Below are positions 24,849 to 36,789 of a stretch of DNA of 64,000 bases, one piece after another. The position numbers and the translations under genes are program-made. The stretch comes from Haplodiscus bocki (taxonomy: Eukaryota). The notes below the pieces were generated by a model. It did no database searches, had not been told where the DNA came from, and worked only from the letters and a program-made list of their open reading frames with translations. The stretch covers positions 15,562,001 through 15,626,000 of the forward strand of contig OZ296653.1 in assembly GCA_965655095.1 (NCBI GenBank). Direction: 5' to 3'. Within the stretch, counting starts at the first letter, position 1. Every line of letters begins with the position of its first letter.

Positions 24849-27800
24849 ATGATTCGATGTGACGATTGCCAAAAAGTTTTCACATCGAAACGGACTTTTT
24901 ATCAGCATATTCGCCAAAAACAAAATAAAGAGCCAACATTGCATCTGCGGAATTTCGTCTGTGGTCATTGCAATCAAAATCTCCCTTTGTTCGTTCAACC
25001 TTCGTCGCCACATTCGAAATATTCATAATTTAACTGGAAATTTCAAATGTCTTTCATGTTATGTTGTAATCGGATGCGCAGAGTTGCTCGAAAATCATGA
25101 AAAACAAACTCATTTACAAGCCTCCCTGTCTGCTATTTTTCAACACGCTGTGTCCGATCACAACCTGCAAGCTTCTTGTGTTCAAACTTCGCTCAATGAT
25201 ACTTTCAAGGTTTTCATATTAAACCTGGAACCAGAAAACGTGGAACCTTTCGAATTTCTAACCTCCAGTGAGGAGAGTATCATATCATTTGTCAACGAAA
25301 AACTACCTTTTAAGGGGTCGAACAGAGTTGAGATAACTATACATGTTAAACTGTGCAAGTCGTTGCAGGAGGAACGTGTTACTGTGTACTTTCATTCACC
25401 AATGGAGCGTGTTGCGCATGAGTTAGTCCAAGACGATTTTAAGAACATGATTGATGCAATAATTTCACAATTGAATGTGTATTGCTCTGGTGGCTCAGGA
25501 TGGGTCATAGAAACACTAAAAACTTTGGAGATCAGGATAGCCGACCCCTTCAAAGGAACAGCATCATCTTTCATCGAGACCCCAGGTGAACTCAAAAACG
25601 TATACCGAAGTTTGCTCAACATAAAGAGTTCTGGTTTCTTTACTCTTTACTTGCTGGCTTATTTCCTCAAAAAAAGCATGTTGAGCGACCCTCTACTTAT
25701 TCGCCGTACATGGACCAGCTTGTTTATAAACTTTCTAATTTTCCAATGAGTTTAAGCAAAAATCCAAGTTTTGAGAAACTAAATAACGTTTCAAAATCTG
25801 TTTATCGATTCGAACGAGGCAGGCTCCTGAATGTTTTTTATAGCAAAAGTCCAAAATGCCGACGAAAAGTGAAACTGTTGCTGCTTGTTGACCATGACAA
25901 AAGTCACTATTGCCTGATGAAGAACTCTTCGAACCTTATGCACCATCTGACTCGATCTTCGTCAAAAAGAGTTGGAGGTCGAAGAACTCACTTTTGCGGC
26001 ACCAGTATGCAATCAATTGTTAAACACAATAGCAATCACTTTCAGTTTTGTGGGCACCACAAACCGCTGGAAATAAAAATACCAGACAATAACAAAAAGC
26101 TGACTTTCGAAAACTGGCAAAAAACGCAATTAAACCCTTTTGTTGTTTATGCAGATGTAGAGGTAATTGACGTGGCTTTTGATGGTGCTGGTGAAAACAA
26201 TTTTCCAAACACAATCGGAATTCAAAGACAGTATCCCGCTAGCTTCGGAGCTAGTTTTGTTAACTCCAATTGTAAGTGTTTTGCATAGCTTGCGGAACCT
26301 AAAACTTGGCTGTTCTCAACTGCTAATTTTCAAATCAGATCATGTAGTGGGTTTTTGAAGTTTTACGCTTTTTTTGTTACAGCACATACAATTGAGAAAT
26401 CGGCTTTTTATCGAGGCGCAGATTGTATTTCAAAGCTTATGGAAACTCTCCGCTCATGGTTGAAACAGGTGTACAGTGAAAAGCAAACATTCAGGTGGCT
26501 TCAAATTTCTGCCGATTGTGAAAAATACCTATTGTATCCGCTGACAATCATTTGTTGCATATGTGGAGATTCAATTACTCAATCCGAGCGTGTTATTCAT
26601 CACTGTCATGTAACTGGTAAAGTATTCGGAGTGGCCCATTCCTCCTGCAACTTAAAAGCGAGATCAACAAATTATCTGCCATAATTTTTCCATAATCTTT
26701 TACGTCACGATGCTCATCACATTATCAAAAACCTGACTCTTCTCTCCGGTGAAAAGTTGTCTGCCATTTCTCGAACCGACGAAACGTATAATTATTTTAG
26801 CGTTTCTGTTCCTGTCGGATCTTATTATACAAAGAATCATAAAAATGCCACAATTACAAACAACATCAGATTTCTGAATAGTTTCCAGTTCATGTCTCAA
26901 AGTTTAGACTCTCTACAGAAAACATTGAAAAATGATGACTTTTCGCTATTCAAGACGTTTTTTTCTTCCACACATCCGACAGTCGATTGGAAGTTACTCA
27001 CTCGAAAAGGCTATTTTCCATACTCCTATTTGGACTCATTCCCAAAGTTCGAAAAACCTTTACCCATTTATGGAGACGACTGGAAACAAACCTTGACAGG
27101 CAAAATTGACATTTCCCAGGCAGACATTGCCCAAGCCTTCAAAATTTACAGCATGTTTGGTTGTCACAACTTGGGCAATTACCATGATGTGTATTTACGG
27201 ACTGGTGTTTTAATTGTAGCTGATGTTTTTGAGAAATTCCGGCAAGTTTGTATGAAAGAGTACAAACTAGATCCAGTTCACTTCTTCTCAGCTCCCAAAC
27301 TGAGGTGGCACGCAACGCTAATTACTACTCGCGTCGATTTGGGTCTTTTGAGTGATATTGACATGTTGTTGTTTCATGAGAGAGGAATTCGTGGAAGTAA
27401 TAACGGAATTGGTGAGCTACACCATTTCCGAGCTAACAATAGAGATTTGGATGACTTTGATGAAACAAAGGCGAATGTTTACGGTGCGTTTTTTGATGTT
27501 ACTTCTCTTTATGCCGGTACCACGCAACAAACTTTACCTGTGGGCAGTTATGAGTGGAATGAAACACTTAAATCAGAGATATCCTTGCTACCAGCGACGA
27601 TTCAGTTGTTAGATTTTTTGTAGAAGTCGATATGACCTATCCTTCTTCTCTGCATGACTCTCACAATGATTTGCCTCTGGCACCCGAAAAGATATTGATT
27701 CAACAGTCAAGGTTATCTCCCTATGCACAATCTTTCAATGTCAAGTTACCAAGTGACGGTCGAGAAAAACTAGTTGAGACGTTATTGGATAAGAATCGTT

Positions 27801-29337
27801 ACGTTTGCCACTACCGAAAACTTAAATTTTAAGTCAATCAGGGTCTCAAAGTTCAAAAGCTTCATCGTGTAATTCTATTCCGTCAAAGCAAAAGGCTATG
27901 TGATTACATTTCGAAAAACACTATTATGAGTAAGCAAGCAACCAATGATTTCGAGAAAAATCTCTATAAATTAATGAGCAATGCTTGTTTCGGAAAAACT
28001 ATCGAAAACTTGCGAAATCGAAGAGAAATTCTTTTTGTTAACAACGAAAAACAAGCTGGGAAATCGTTGTTGAAACCTACATTCAAATCTTATCAAATGA
28101 TTCATAATGGATTGGTCTCCGTTTCTTTCGCCCTGAGTAAGATTGTTTGGTGAAAGCCTACCCCTGTGGGAGCATCCATACCTGATTAGTCTAAACTGAG
28201 CCTCTACAAGTTCCACTACGATGAAATGAAACCACGTTTTGGTGACAAAATAAAAGTATGCTACAAAGACACGGACTCACTTTTGTATAGAGTCGAGACT
28301 GAAAACTTCTACTCAGAAATAGCCACCTTCAAGCACTTCTTGGACTTGTCAGATTACCCCGCAGAGCATTTTCTACATGACAAAATGAATAAAAAGGTTC
28401 CGCTCACGATGACATATGAATTGCAGGGGAAAGTATTGAGTGAAGTTGTTTGCCTCCAATCGAAACTTTATAGTATTCAAATTGGAGGCGGTGTCAAACA
28501 GAGCACAAAAGGAGTACAAAAAAGTGTCAAAAAAACCCTAAATGACGAATTGTACAAAGAATGTTTGCTGAACAAAGGAAAAGTGAAACGGTTCATGACC
28601 CAACTTAGATCTATAAACCATCAAATTGTTGTCAGTCTCGTTCACAATGTAGCCCTGAGCAGTTATGATGACAAACGGTATCTACTCAATGAAGGCATTC
28701 ATTGGCTCACATACGGACACTACAAAGTTAAGGGACAGCCAAGCAGCAATGGTTAATTTCTTTTTCACATTTTTCGGTAAAGTTCACAGTCTAAAACCCT
28801 CATAATTTTTTCCCTGTGTTTCTCAGAATCCGACGTTTCCTCGCTGCTCAGTCAAAACGACGATGAAAGTGATAATGAAAGTTCCTACTACTCTAACAAC
28901 GCTCCAAGTGACACAGACGTAGATGACAGCCGACGCGCAACTCCACCAACTTTACACAGTTTCCTGCAGCATCACGAATGTTTTTGTTAGAAAGCTCGAT
29001 TTGCTCTTTCTCATCATTGGTTTTCATTTTTCTGGAATTCAAAAATCCGTGAATTTCAGCGCCTCCGGACCCTGGTTTCCACTAACACCACTACTCAGAC
29101 GTCGATAGTGATGAGCATTGCATTGAATGGGACCGCTTCGATGAAGTGGTCGCAGATGCTGAACAAGTCGAACCCAGCAATACGTGTCCCTTCATAGACT
29201 GGGAGGCGTTAGAGTCGATTGATGATGATGTTGATGAAAATTCCCGTGATAGTGCTAGTAAAAATGGTATTTCAGCGTCCGCGAATAAAGGATGTAAACT
29301 TGTTCTCTATAGTGATAGCAGTAACACTGACAACTAG
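24849..29337 (+). pseudogene. polB: Protein-primed PolB (ZnF, TP/OTU, Exo with EndoVII/HNH insertion, Pol), multiply frameshifted, with predicted introns and a spliced acidic tail
   Basis: Fragments in order: C2H2 fingers, YADVE (ExoI), CCIC..HHCHVTG..AHSSCNL (EndoVII/HNH), RKGYFPYSY, DVTSLY (motif A), KLMSNACFGKT (motif B), YKDTDSL (motif C), SKLYS, DDKRY...YGHY ending at 28756. Tail exons at 28827-~28985 and 29060-29337. Confidence 0.95.
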
Positions 29338-29383
29338 TATGAAAATCTATTCATCGTAATTATTCTGAGTATAACAAACCTTA

Positions 29384-29995
29384 TCAAAAATTACAGTTAC
29401 AGTGTATTTTGAAATAACGTACAATGTCAATCTTTGAAACAGTTGTTAGTTTGGAAAGGTAACGGTTGGTGAAACATTGTATTTTCGATGTGAAGCTTTT
29501 ACTTTCTTTACCGAAGAAAGTAGAGACGTTTTCAGCAAAGTGAATTTCATTTAGGTAGTGGGCCATAAACAAACAAAACAGTCCGCATAAGTTAGAACTG
29601 GGATTTTGCATAGGGAAAGTTATCTCAAATGCTCTTATCGTTCTCGATGAAAGGGCAGCTAATCGTTTCTGTATTTTTGTGTAACTTTTGATGTGTTCAC
29701 CGAGAGGATCCCATAGGAAAATCGTTACTATTGCATCACTAGACGTTAGAGCCTGCATTTTTGAAGGATCAATTAAAATGTATGACAGCAAAAGCCAATG
29801 CTGTCTTGCTTCGGTCTGGGCTGCACTGTTTACAATTTGATAGAAAAAAAATTGGCCCGTTGTCACAGCAGAGTCTAGTATTTCCTCAAAGACTCGACCC
29901 AAAAAGAAGTTGTCAGACGAAGCCACACCAATAAATTTTTTGAAAAGTTTGGGACACCAGTTATCCGCCAATTGAATTAACCTCAAACTATCCAT
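29384..29995 (-). CDS. Adenain-like cysteine maturation protease (element B)
   Basis: IVNS...QHWLL...WDPLG...QNPSSNLCGLFC gives the His/Asp/Gln/Cys catalytic set. The true start is probably MDSL at 29995, overlapping the hexon stop. Confidence 0.9.
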   Translation of the reverse strand: MDSLRLIQLADNWCPKLFKKFIGVASSDNFFLGRVFEEILDSAVTTGQFFFYQIVNSAAQTEARQHWLLLSYILIDPSKMQALTSSDAIVTIFLWDPLGEHIKSYTKIQKRLAALSSRTIRAFEITFPMQNPSSNLCGLFCLFMAHYLNEIHFAENVSTFFGKESKSFTSKIQCFTNRYLSKLTTVSKIDIVRYFKIHCNCNF

Positions 29996-31334
29996 TGACC
30001 AACGGCGAAATCTTTGAAAAATTTCGAGAACTGTCAATACAAATTTGACTGAATCTTTCACCAATTAGAAATAACTCGACTGCCTCAGGTAAAGCTTTGC
30101 TGAAAGACAATTTGAATGTTATTCCTGCTCCCGCCAATTCGGGAAAAAGTGTCAAACTTGTGCAAGCTTCTCTTATTGATGTTATGTCGAATACTAGGTA
30201 GAAATGGTTATCCTGATAGTCTTCCAAGGCAATGCCGTTGCCGCCACGTTCGAATCCCAAAGCTGTTATGGTATTGTAAAACAGACGTTTGTCAATTGAT
30301 GTATCGAATGGCGTCACTGCCATTGGTAAACCGTTTCCTCTCAGTAACTTGACCCTTTGCAGGTTAAATTTTTCATAACTAAAAGGCGTTGAAGCCGTCG
30401 TTGTTCCGCGGAAAAAACGATTCCGAACCATGCACAGTGTTAAGCGACGAATGGGTTCAGTGCCAAAGATGTTTTCTTTTACAAAGCAATTCTGTCCGGA
30501 TTGTATTATAAAGTTTTTTGTTGAATTTTCTACGTACGGATATACCGCACAACTCTTTGTGAGCGCCCGTTCAGTGCTAAGTTTCACTGCATCCGACAAG
30601 ACAATCTTGTTGACAAACAGAGATGCTTTCTCAATTACAACAACAGGCGGATTTTTATCAAGACTTTTAACTGCATCTGCATCCAAATCGGTCAAAGTTT
30701 CCAAAGCGCAAAGGTTGGGCGACCGATAGGGGCGTAAGTGAAGTGTCACGCCTGGCAGTAGTAAAAGCTCGCAATCCAAAAAGTCAACATGTGGAGCTCC
30801 ATAGAGGTAAAGTGAGCACGTACCATAATCAGCAAATTTTTTCATGATTTTGTTTTTCTTTTCTAAATTTTTTTCTTCGTTTGGTCGATAACGGTCCATG
30901 TCCTTTTGCTAACTGGGTCTGTTGTTAATTCTGTTTCGACAAAGGCGGCGTGGTGGTAGTTGTTGTTGCTACTGGATGTCAATTTGCCGTTCAGAAATAT
31001 TTCAACGTGTGAAACCAAAGAGTGTAGCGTGTTGTTGGAAAAGTAAATTGTCTGGCGTTGCAGTATCTTTTCCATCTGGGTTGTATAATTTTACGTCCAA
31101 TCCCAAACAAACTGGGTGCAAATCAACGCAGTTTTTATTGTCTGATGTGACAAAAAAATCTAGCTGAGGCCCTCTGCAACCTACATGAGGAAAGACTTCT
31201 TGATCCAAGGATCCTTCCTAATTTATCAGTACGGACGGTCTTTCAAAAAAGTCTAGAGCGCTGTGGGTGACGGGATTTGCAATTTCAGTTGAGGCTCCGA
31301 AATAGAGGTTTTGGTTGCTATTGCTGGTCTTCAT
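29988..31334 (-). pseudogene. Double jelly-roll major capsid protein (hexon/PY), frameshifted (element B)
   Basis: Fragments GPQLDFF, NNTLHSLVSHVEIFLNGK..SSSNNNY, LLPGVTLHL, ALGFERGGNGI, FYLVFDIT, LFPELAGA align with the element C hexon. Confidence 0.9.
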
Positions 31335-31378
31335 CACTCCTTCCTTCGTTATGTGAAGCTTGCTAATCAAGTTCTTCA

Positions 31379-31960
31379 CTAGTTGTTGAACGCCACAACA
31401 GAGAGTATATCGGACCGACTTCTCGCAGCAAACTGCTTCCGATTAATGACTTCTTTCACTTTATTGTCTCGTGTTCGCCGCCCAAACGACGGCCCGCTCA
31501 CCACCCGGTGCCTGCCGGCTCCTTCGCTCGTCTTCCGCCCGCCCGGCCGCCCGCTCCGTCCCGCGCCGCCCACCGCGGTGAGGCAATTGGTCGCACAATC
31601 TCAGATACACTTACAATTGTTTTTTTTTGATGTATATGCGCGAGCAATAACTCGTTTTGAAGAAGCAGCGGAGGTGGTCGGAACAGTGGTTTTTGAAGCA
31701 CTTTTTTTGATTGTTTCCCCAAGCACAGTCTTTTGGTCGTTTCCTACCCGAGAAACTTTTGGTCGTTTGAGAGTTCCGGTACAAATGTCGATAACAAGTT
31801 CTTTCCAAAATCTTTGGCCACAGGCATCACAAATTGTTTTACGAGAGGCATCACTACGCCAATCCTCCAGATCTACAATGCCGCGCCGGCCCGCGAAAAG
31901 CCACTGCATTGGGAGTTCGAATCGCCTTTTGCCAGATTTGATTGGCAAAGTGAGCATCCA
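31379..31960 (-). pseudogene. Basic core protein (adenovirus pVII-like), frameshifted (element B)
   Basis: Fragments GVVMPLVKQFVMPVAK..FVPEL, VGGAGRSG and RSRSDILS match element C 59746-60285. Same position between penton and hexon. Confidence 0.7.
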
Positions 31961-32249
31961 TCAATCTGTCTCGTTCTTTTTATCTCCGTGTCTCTTTTCC
32001 CAACGACCACAGTAAAGGAGATGCTCTTTTGTGACTAACTCTTGTTACAGATTGTCAACGGACAATTGTTGTTCATGTTAGTCAGATGGATGGATGGAAG
32101 CTGCCCACAGGGAGCACGACTGCTTCATCTAACTTCGAATTTAGAGAATAAGGAAATTGGCAAAGTTTAGAAAGAAGCACGCTGGAGCTCAGAAGGATGA
32201 CTACAACAACCACACTGAAAGCAAAAATTGTGGTCTGTTGCGCTGGAAT

Positions 32250-33241
32250 TTATGTTGTTTGTCTAAATTGCAAAGTGATGTTTGTTCTTCCTCGACTCAA
32301 AGCAAAGGAATGAGACCGCCTGCTTCATTTCGAAGAGCAATGGTTAATGAATGAATTGAAGACTTCATCACTCGACGCCATTGAATTCTGGTGAACGTTC
32401 TTTTGTTGTCACCAAGTAGTACGGCCCTGAGTAGTGCTGTTTTTGTGTCTCCGAGAATTCCGTTTTGAACCAAATCACAGTAAAGAAACATAGTGTGACG
32501 TCCTGCTGTTAGATCAACAGGATAGTTACCAATTTGCTCGCTCGTTCTGCTGCGTCTTTCAACTTCTTTTGGTTTTTTACAGTGTTGCGGGACCTCCAAA
32601 CCATGCCTTCCTTCAGGCTGTTTGGCGTCGTTATTCGTTTGGCTACAATCCACTAAGTATTCCAAACCGAGTATGTTTTTCAAATCTTCGGAAACAGCTT
32701 TGAGTCAGATTTTTTTCTTTTCTTTATTTGATGTCGTGCTGAAGTTGAGGTGCAGTAACTGGGAAGCTTCGCAAATCTCCCGGCTCAGTGGCAATTGACT
32801 GATATCTCAGCCAACACTGCTGCAGAGGTTGTCGCATATGGATTGGAGGATAGAGTTGACCGAACTGTAACAGCCTTTCGTTATGAAAAAAACTTCTCTG
32901 GTGAAAATTCTTTTTCAAGCGTAGAACTGTTCCGTTTGAGCAGGTTCCTGGGAACATACATGGAAACCATTCCGTTACCAAAACGCGGCCGCTCAACAAT
33001 AGTTTCTTGTGTTATGTATCACGGTTTTGTTTATCTCGATTAGGTTGATGGCTGAACAGACCTTCTGTCGCGTTTTCAATCAAACCGGGCCATGACAACT
33101 CCACCAACGCAACCTCCCATGTACCGTGGAGGACCAGAGATTGTGGCAGTAAGGTTGTGAACTTAGCGAGCGTGTTATCGGGAAACGTTGACATGGAAGC
33201 GCAGAGACCAAGTTAATGGTGAAACTTTGCTGTTGACTCAT
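32250..33241 (-). pseudogene. Minor capsid protein (penton/PX), frameshifted (element B)
   Basis: FTINL..FPDNTLAKFTTLLP..L.GTWEVALVE at the N-terminus. MFLYCDLVQ..ILGD..TALLR...IALRNE.G.LIP at the C-terminus. Confidence 0.88.
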
Positions 33242-33244
33242 CTT

Positions 33245-34483
33245 TCACTTTATAGCCAATTCTAGGGTGCTCTGCTCGTTGTCTTTCTCGAATCGTACTA
33301 GCTCGCTCTCGTAGAATTTTCCTTGAATCAACTGATGTTTGCAATCTCTGAGTGAATAAGTGAGGGATTCAGTGTTTCCACTGCTGCAATCTGGAAGACC
33401 TCCTCAGTAAATTGGATGCAATATCCAGGATGAAAAAGATCTATTTTGCGTCGAATGCGAACGTTTTGTCCGAGTTTGAACTTTGGTTTTTTTATGGCGT
33501 TACAATTTTGTAAGGATACTAGAAACGATTCGTCAGAGTTTTTCACCTGGTTTGGCGCCAGCCAGGTGACTCGGTTAATTCAGATTCTAGAATTGATGAT
33601 GTCAACAAATGCTTGTAATTGTTCATGATACACTTCAGTGTTGTTTTCGTGAAGATATTTGAAAATCAGAGCTTTGATTGATCTAATGTTCCTTTCAGCA
33701 AACACCGATTTGGTTTCACTACAAGTCGAATAGAGATGGATTCCCGATTATTGACAAAAGTTGGCAGACTCGCGTGCAAATTCCCGGCCTTTATCTACCC
33801 AAATTTTTTCCGGGTTTGGTGATACAGGCCTCGATCCACTGCAGAACCGAGGTTGCAAAACTGGTGGACCCCGTTTACTGCCCTCAATGACGACAACCAG
33901 AGCTTATCGACAGGCTGCTGCTGTTCTTCGTTTAAGTGGAACAACCCACACGAATCGGCTGAGGGTATCCACTGCAACAAAAAGAAACGTTATTCCCTGA
34001 TTGAATTCTGATCTGCATATCAACCAACCAAGTCAATTGACTAGATTTCATTGAGTCGGTAACTTTGAAATTTAGTCCTGTGAAGTTTCTGCGAGCTGGT
34101 TTAAATTTTGTGTAGGTTTCACTTTTTCGTAGGAAATTGTCAACTTATTTGAAGGTGTAATTTGACTCTTTCTTTACGGAACTCCGGCTTCCAAAATAGG
34201 CAGGATTTTGACAGCATGTGTATATGTTATGTAGCTTACTGTATGCTATCGTTTCTTGAGTCGCTGGAACCAAACGACGCGTTCTTGAACACTTTGAGCA
34301 CAAGAAATTCTCGCTTCTATATTTTGCGTACTCGTTTACAGTTGTCAAACCACTGCATTTGTAATGAACCCAACCACAAACGTTGCAGCAGATGGAGGGT
34401 TGTTTACGCGAGCCTTTTCCGAGAGCTTTTTGACAGTTGTCACAAGTGTATTTTTTTTGCGCGTGCGTTTCGTCGTTTAACAA
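33245..34483 (-). pseudogene. Retroviral-like DDE integrase with N-terminal PHD finger (element B)
   Basis: C4HC3 PHD (CDNC...CCNVC..WVHYKC...FLCSKC) is in frame with YSKLHNIY..PAYFGS. Past one stop come ETYTKFKP, AVDTLSR, WVDKGREF, AERNIRSIK, PKFKLGQNVRI, GKFYESEL. Confidence 0.9.
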
Positions 34484-34542
34484 TGATAAACTAAAACTAC
34501 CACCCCTTCTTAGGATGATTTTGACAGTTGTGATTGTTTACT

Positions 34543-35221
34543 TCAGTCTAGACGCAGCCATTTGGCGTGTTCATTATTGGGTCCAGGAAACGATTTGAAT
34601 GGGCTTTCATTGTTTTCGTTTGAGCCACTTTTCATTTTTGATAACACTTTTTTAGCAAAAGTGTTTGCGAGAAGATATTCTGGTAAACGCAAACGTTTCA
34701 CCAAGTCCAGGCTTAAATCGTCAATCCTTTTATTAGGTATCTGAATATCGGAAAGAAAATCTAAAACTGCCCATCCTGTGTCTCCGTCGTGCAGGCAGAT
34801 TCTCCCAGAAATGTTGTAGATAGAAACATGCCCAATGTTGCTGCTTTTTCCAAGGATTTGTCGGGCTCGCTCGACCTTGCCACCACTCAAACCGCAAGAC
34901 AAAAGGTCCAAAATAACTGTTTATGACTTCACAGCTGTCGCTGCGTCCTCAGTTCGTTTGACGTCAGAGAGACTGCTCCTTGTTGCTTTGCCGAACCTTG
35001 TTTTCAAAGTCATTTGCGCACATTCTGATGCTCTTGGAAAGTCACGAGGAGTATCGATTGAGTTTCCGAGATTAATTTTTGCACAAAATTCTGGACTCCA
35101 ACTTCTAGTGTCATTGGGGTTCACGAAAGTGTGGTTGTCATGAGATTATGCCTGCTACAAGCGATGAGTGTTCATCGAGTGTTATAAGGATGAATTCTTT
35201 TGTCCTACCGCTCGATGCCAT
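34543..35221 (-). pseudogene. Conserved Polinton protein of unknown function between ATPase and integrase (element B)
   Basis: KEFILITLDE at the start and VLDFLSDIQ..NKRI match element C 56788-57505 (DEFVLVPL; ILTFLRDLQ..QKKI). Confidence 0.6.
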
Positions 35222-35344
35222 GGCGTATTTCTAAATGACGTGAAACCGAAGGTTGTATCAAAGCGAGCAGTTTCAATCCGTGGCTAGTTGACAAAATTTG
35301 TCGCTTTCGAACCAATCCCACTTTCCTGTTACATAAAATTTCTA

Positions 35345-35536
35345 TCAATCTGCTGTGCCTCTCAATTTTTTCTTGGAAAAATTCTCAGCCATTGCAATAT
35401 GCCCACTGACAATGTCAAAAAGACAGTTGCAGAAAAAAAATAGATTTTCTTTTGAACAACATAAAAGATACAAACGCCTCACGATTGGTTTCACGTTAAC
35501 AAAAAATTCAAACATATAAAGCTCTCGTTGACTCAT
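35345..35536 (-). CDS. Small hypothetical Polinton protein overlapping the ATPase end
   Basis: 63-aa ATG ORF with FFCNCLFDIVSG. Support is positional only. Confidence 0.4.
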   Translation of the reverse strand: MSQRELYMFEFFVNVKPIVRRLYLLCCSKENLFFFCNCLFDIVSGHIAMAENFSKKKLRGTAD

Positions 35537-36214
35537 TGCTCAAGTTTTCTCTGGTATTGCTTGATGATACAAAGAAAACTGATGGTCCAGTTCCTGAGCA
35601 GTTAGAGCAGAAATTTAGTTTAGCATCCGTACGCGAATCAAAATCAATCATCAAATGACCGAAAAGGGCCTTTGTTGCTTTTTTATATGCGTCGATTAGT
35701 AGTTGTCGATCTCCCATCTGTCGGCCGAGCACGCCTAGCTGTTCTAGGTCACGGGAGCTCATGAACAAAATCATCTGTGTAACATTCAATTCGAATGTCT
35801 TTGAATGTTTGATTGTTGAAAAAGATTGTGCTTCAGTGCAATCAAATGGATATTTCGATGTCCTCCCGCAATTACCAGGTTTAGAAAGTATTCATTTTCG
35901 CAGGCTTGTTGATACAAATCGTCAATTACCACAAGTGTTCTCAAGTTTCGAGATTCGCATTTTTCAACTGCTGACCAGTTAAGGCCCTGATGAAACTCAA
36001 TGGAATGCTTTTGACTGACACAGTTAACCCAGAGGGTGTCAAAATGTTTCTGGTAATGATTATATAGGTAAACAATTTTATCAAAACATGGTTGGAAAAT
36101 TTTGCACTGATTCTTCAACATATTCGATACTAATTGCGTTTTGCCGCTCCCACACGGTCCTACAATGGAAATGAAGCAAAGAGGGTCGGTGTGAATGCGC
36201 TTATTCATTCTTTT
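35508..36214 (-). pseudogene. FtsK/A32-like genome packaging ATPase, frameshifted near 35800 (element B)
   Basis: Walker A GPCGSGKT, Walker B LVVIDD, AGGHRNIH...KHNLFQQ, then AYKKAT..FGHLMIDFD. Confidence 0.92.
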
Positions 36215-36444
36215 CCGTTTGGTACCAAGTAACCGATGCACGTTGACAAAATTGCGATAAACCCAGTTTGCAATGATCTGTTCTCAGCGAAAGCTAGGTA
36301 GGCAATGGAGAAGATTACAATCACACCAACGATGAAGTAATGAGAAAGTACTAAAAAGAAGCGGTTAAATTCAATTTTGTCCGAAAGCAGCCGCAATTGA
36401 ACTGAAATGGAGGTCTGTTTCATTACCATCAAAGATGAAATCAT
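36205..36444 (-). CDS. Small two-helix membrane protein (element B)
   Basis: Two hydrophobic segments ending ILSTCIGYLVPN, homologous to ILSNCIAYLLPN in 55058-55624. Confidence 0.7.
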   Translation of the reverse strand: MISSLMVMKQTSISVQLRLLSDKIEFNRFFLVLSHYFIVGVIVIFSIAYLAFAENRSLQTGFIAILSTCIGYLVPNGKE

Positions 36445-36525
36445 TCAAGTTTACGTGATCTAGGGCTACAGGCTTGATTGTTGATTCCTCAGTCACTTGC
36501 GATGCTAAGCTCGCAGTGCCTTTTT

Positions 36526-36765
36526 TCATTGTGATAAGTGGTTCTTGAATGCGTATAAGTTGAATATGATTTGAAGTGTTTGGTTTAGTCTTGCTAGCTC
36601 AGTTAAGGTCAAGCGAATATTCGATTGCTTACCATTGCTATTTTGCTCAATCAAAATTTTGGGATTTTGCGTTGAAAGAGAAGCCTTCAGCAAGACTCTC
36701 TCGGAAAAAGGTAATGAGAAGGTAATCGCAGGCATCTCCAGTGCAACTGACATCGAGCTCGCCAT
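36526..36765 (-). CDS. Hypothetical protein, possible PC4-like ssDNA-binding fold (element B)
   Basis: LPFSERV..PKILIE..IRLTLTELARL parallels LPLSDTL..PKIFLVRE..LDMSWDEYCSL of 53423. Same position after PLA2. Confidence 0.5.
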   Translation of the reverse strand: MASSMSVALEMPAITFSLPFSERVLLKASLSTQNPKILIEQNSNGKQSNIRLTLTELARLNQTLQIIFNLYAFKNHLSQ

Positions 36766-36789
36766 TTTTTGTAATGATTAGAATGCCAA

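Noticed and set aside
29996-30064. N-terminal extension of the protease ORF to 30064
   Set aside because: It overlaps hexon in another frame. Homology with element C places the start at 29995.
31383-32038. Plus-strand ORFs of 210 aa and 101 aa
   Set aside because: Antisense to the GC-rich core-protein pseudogene, with no independent motif.
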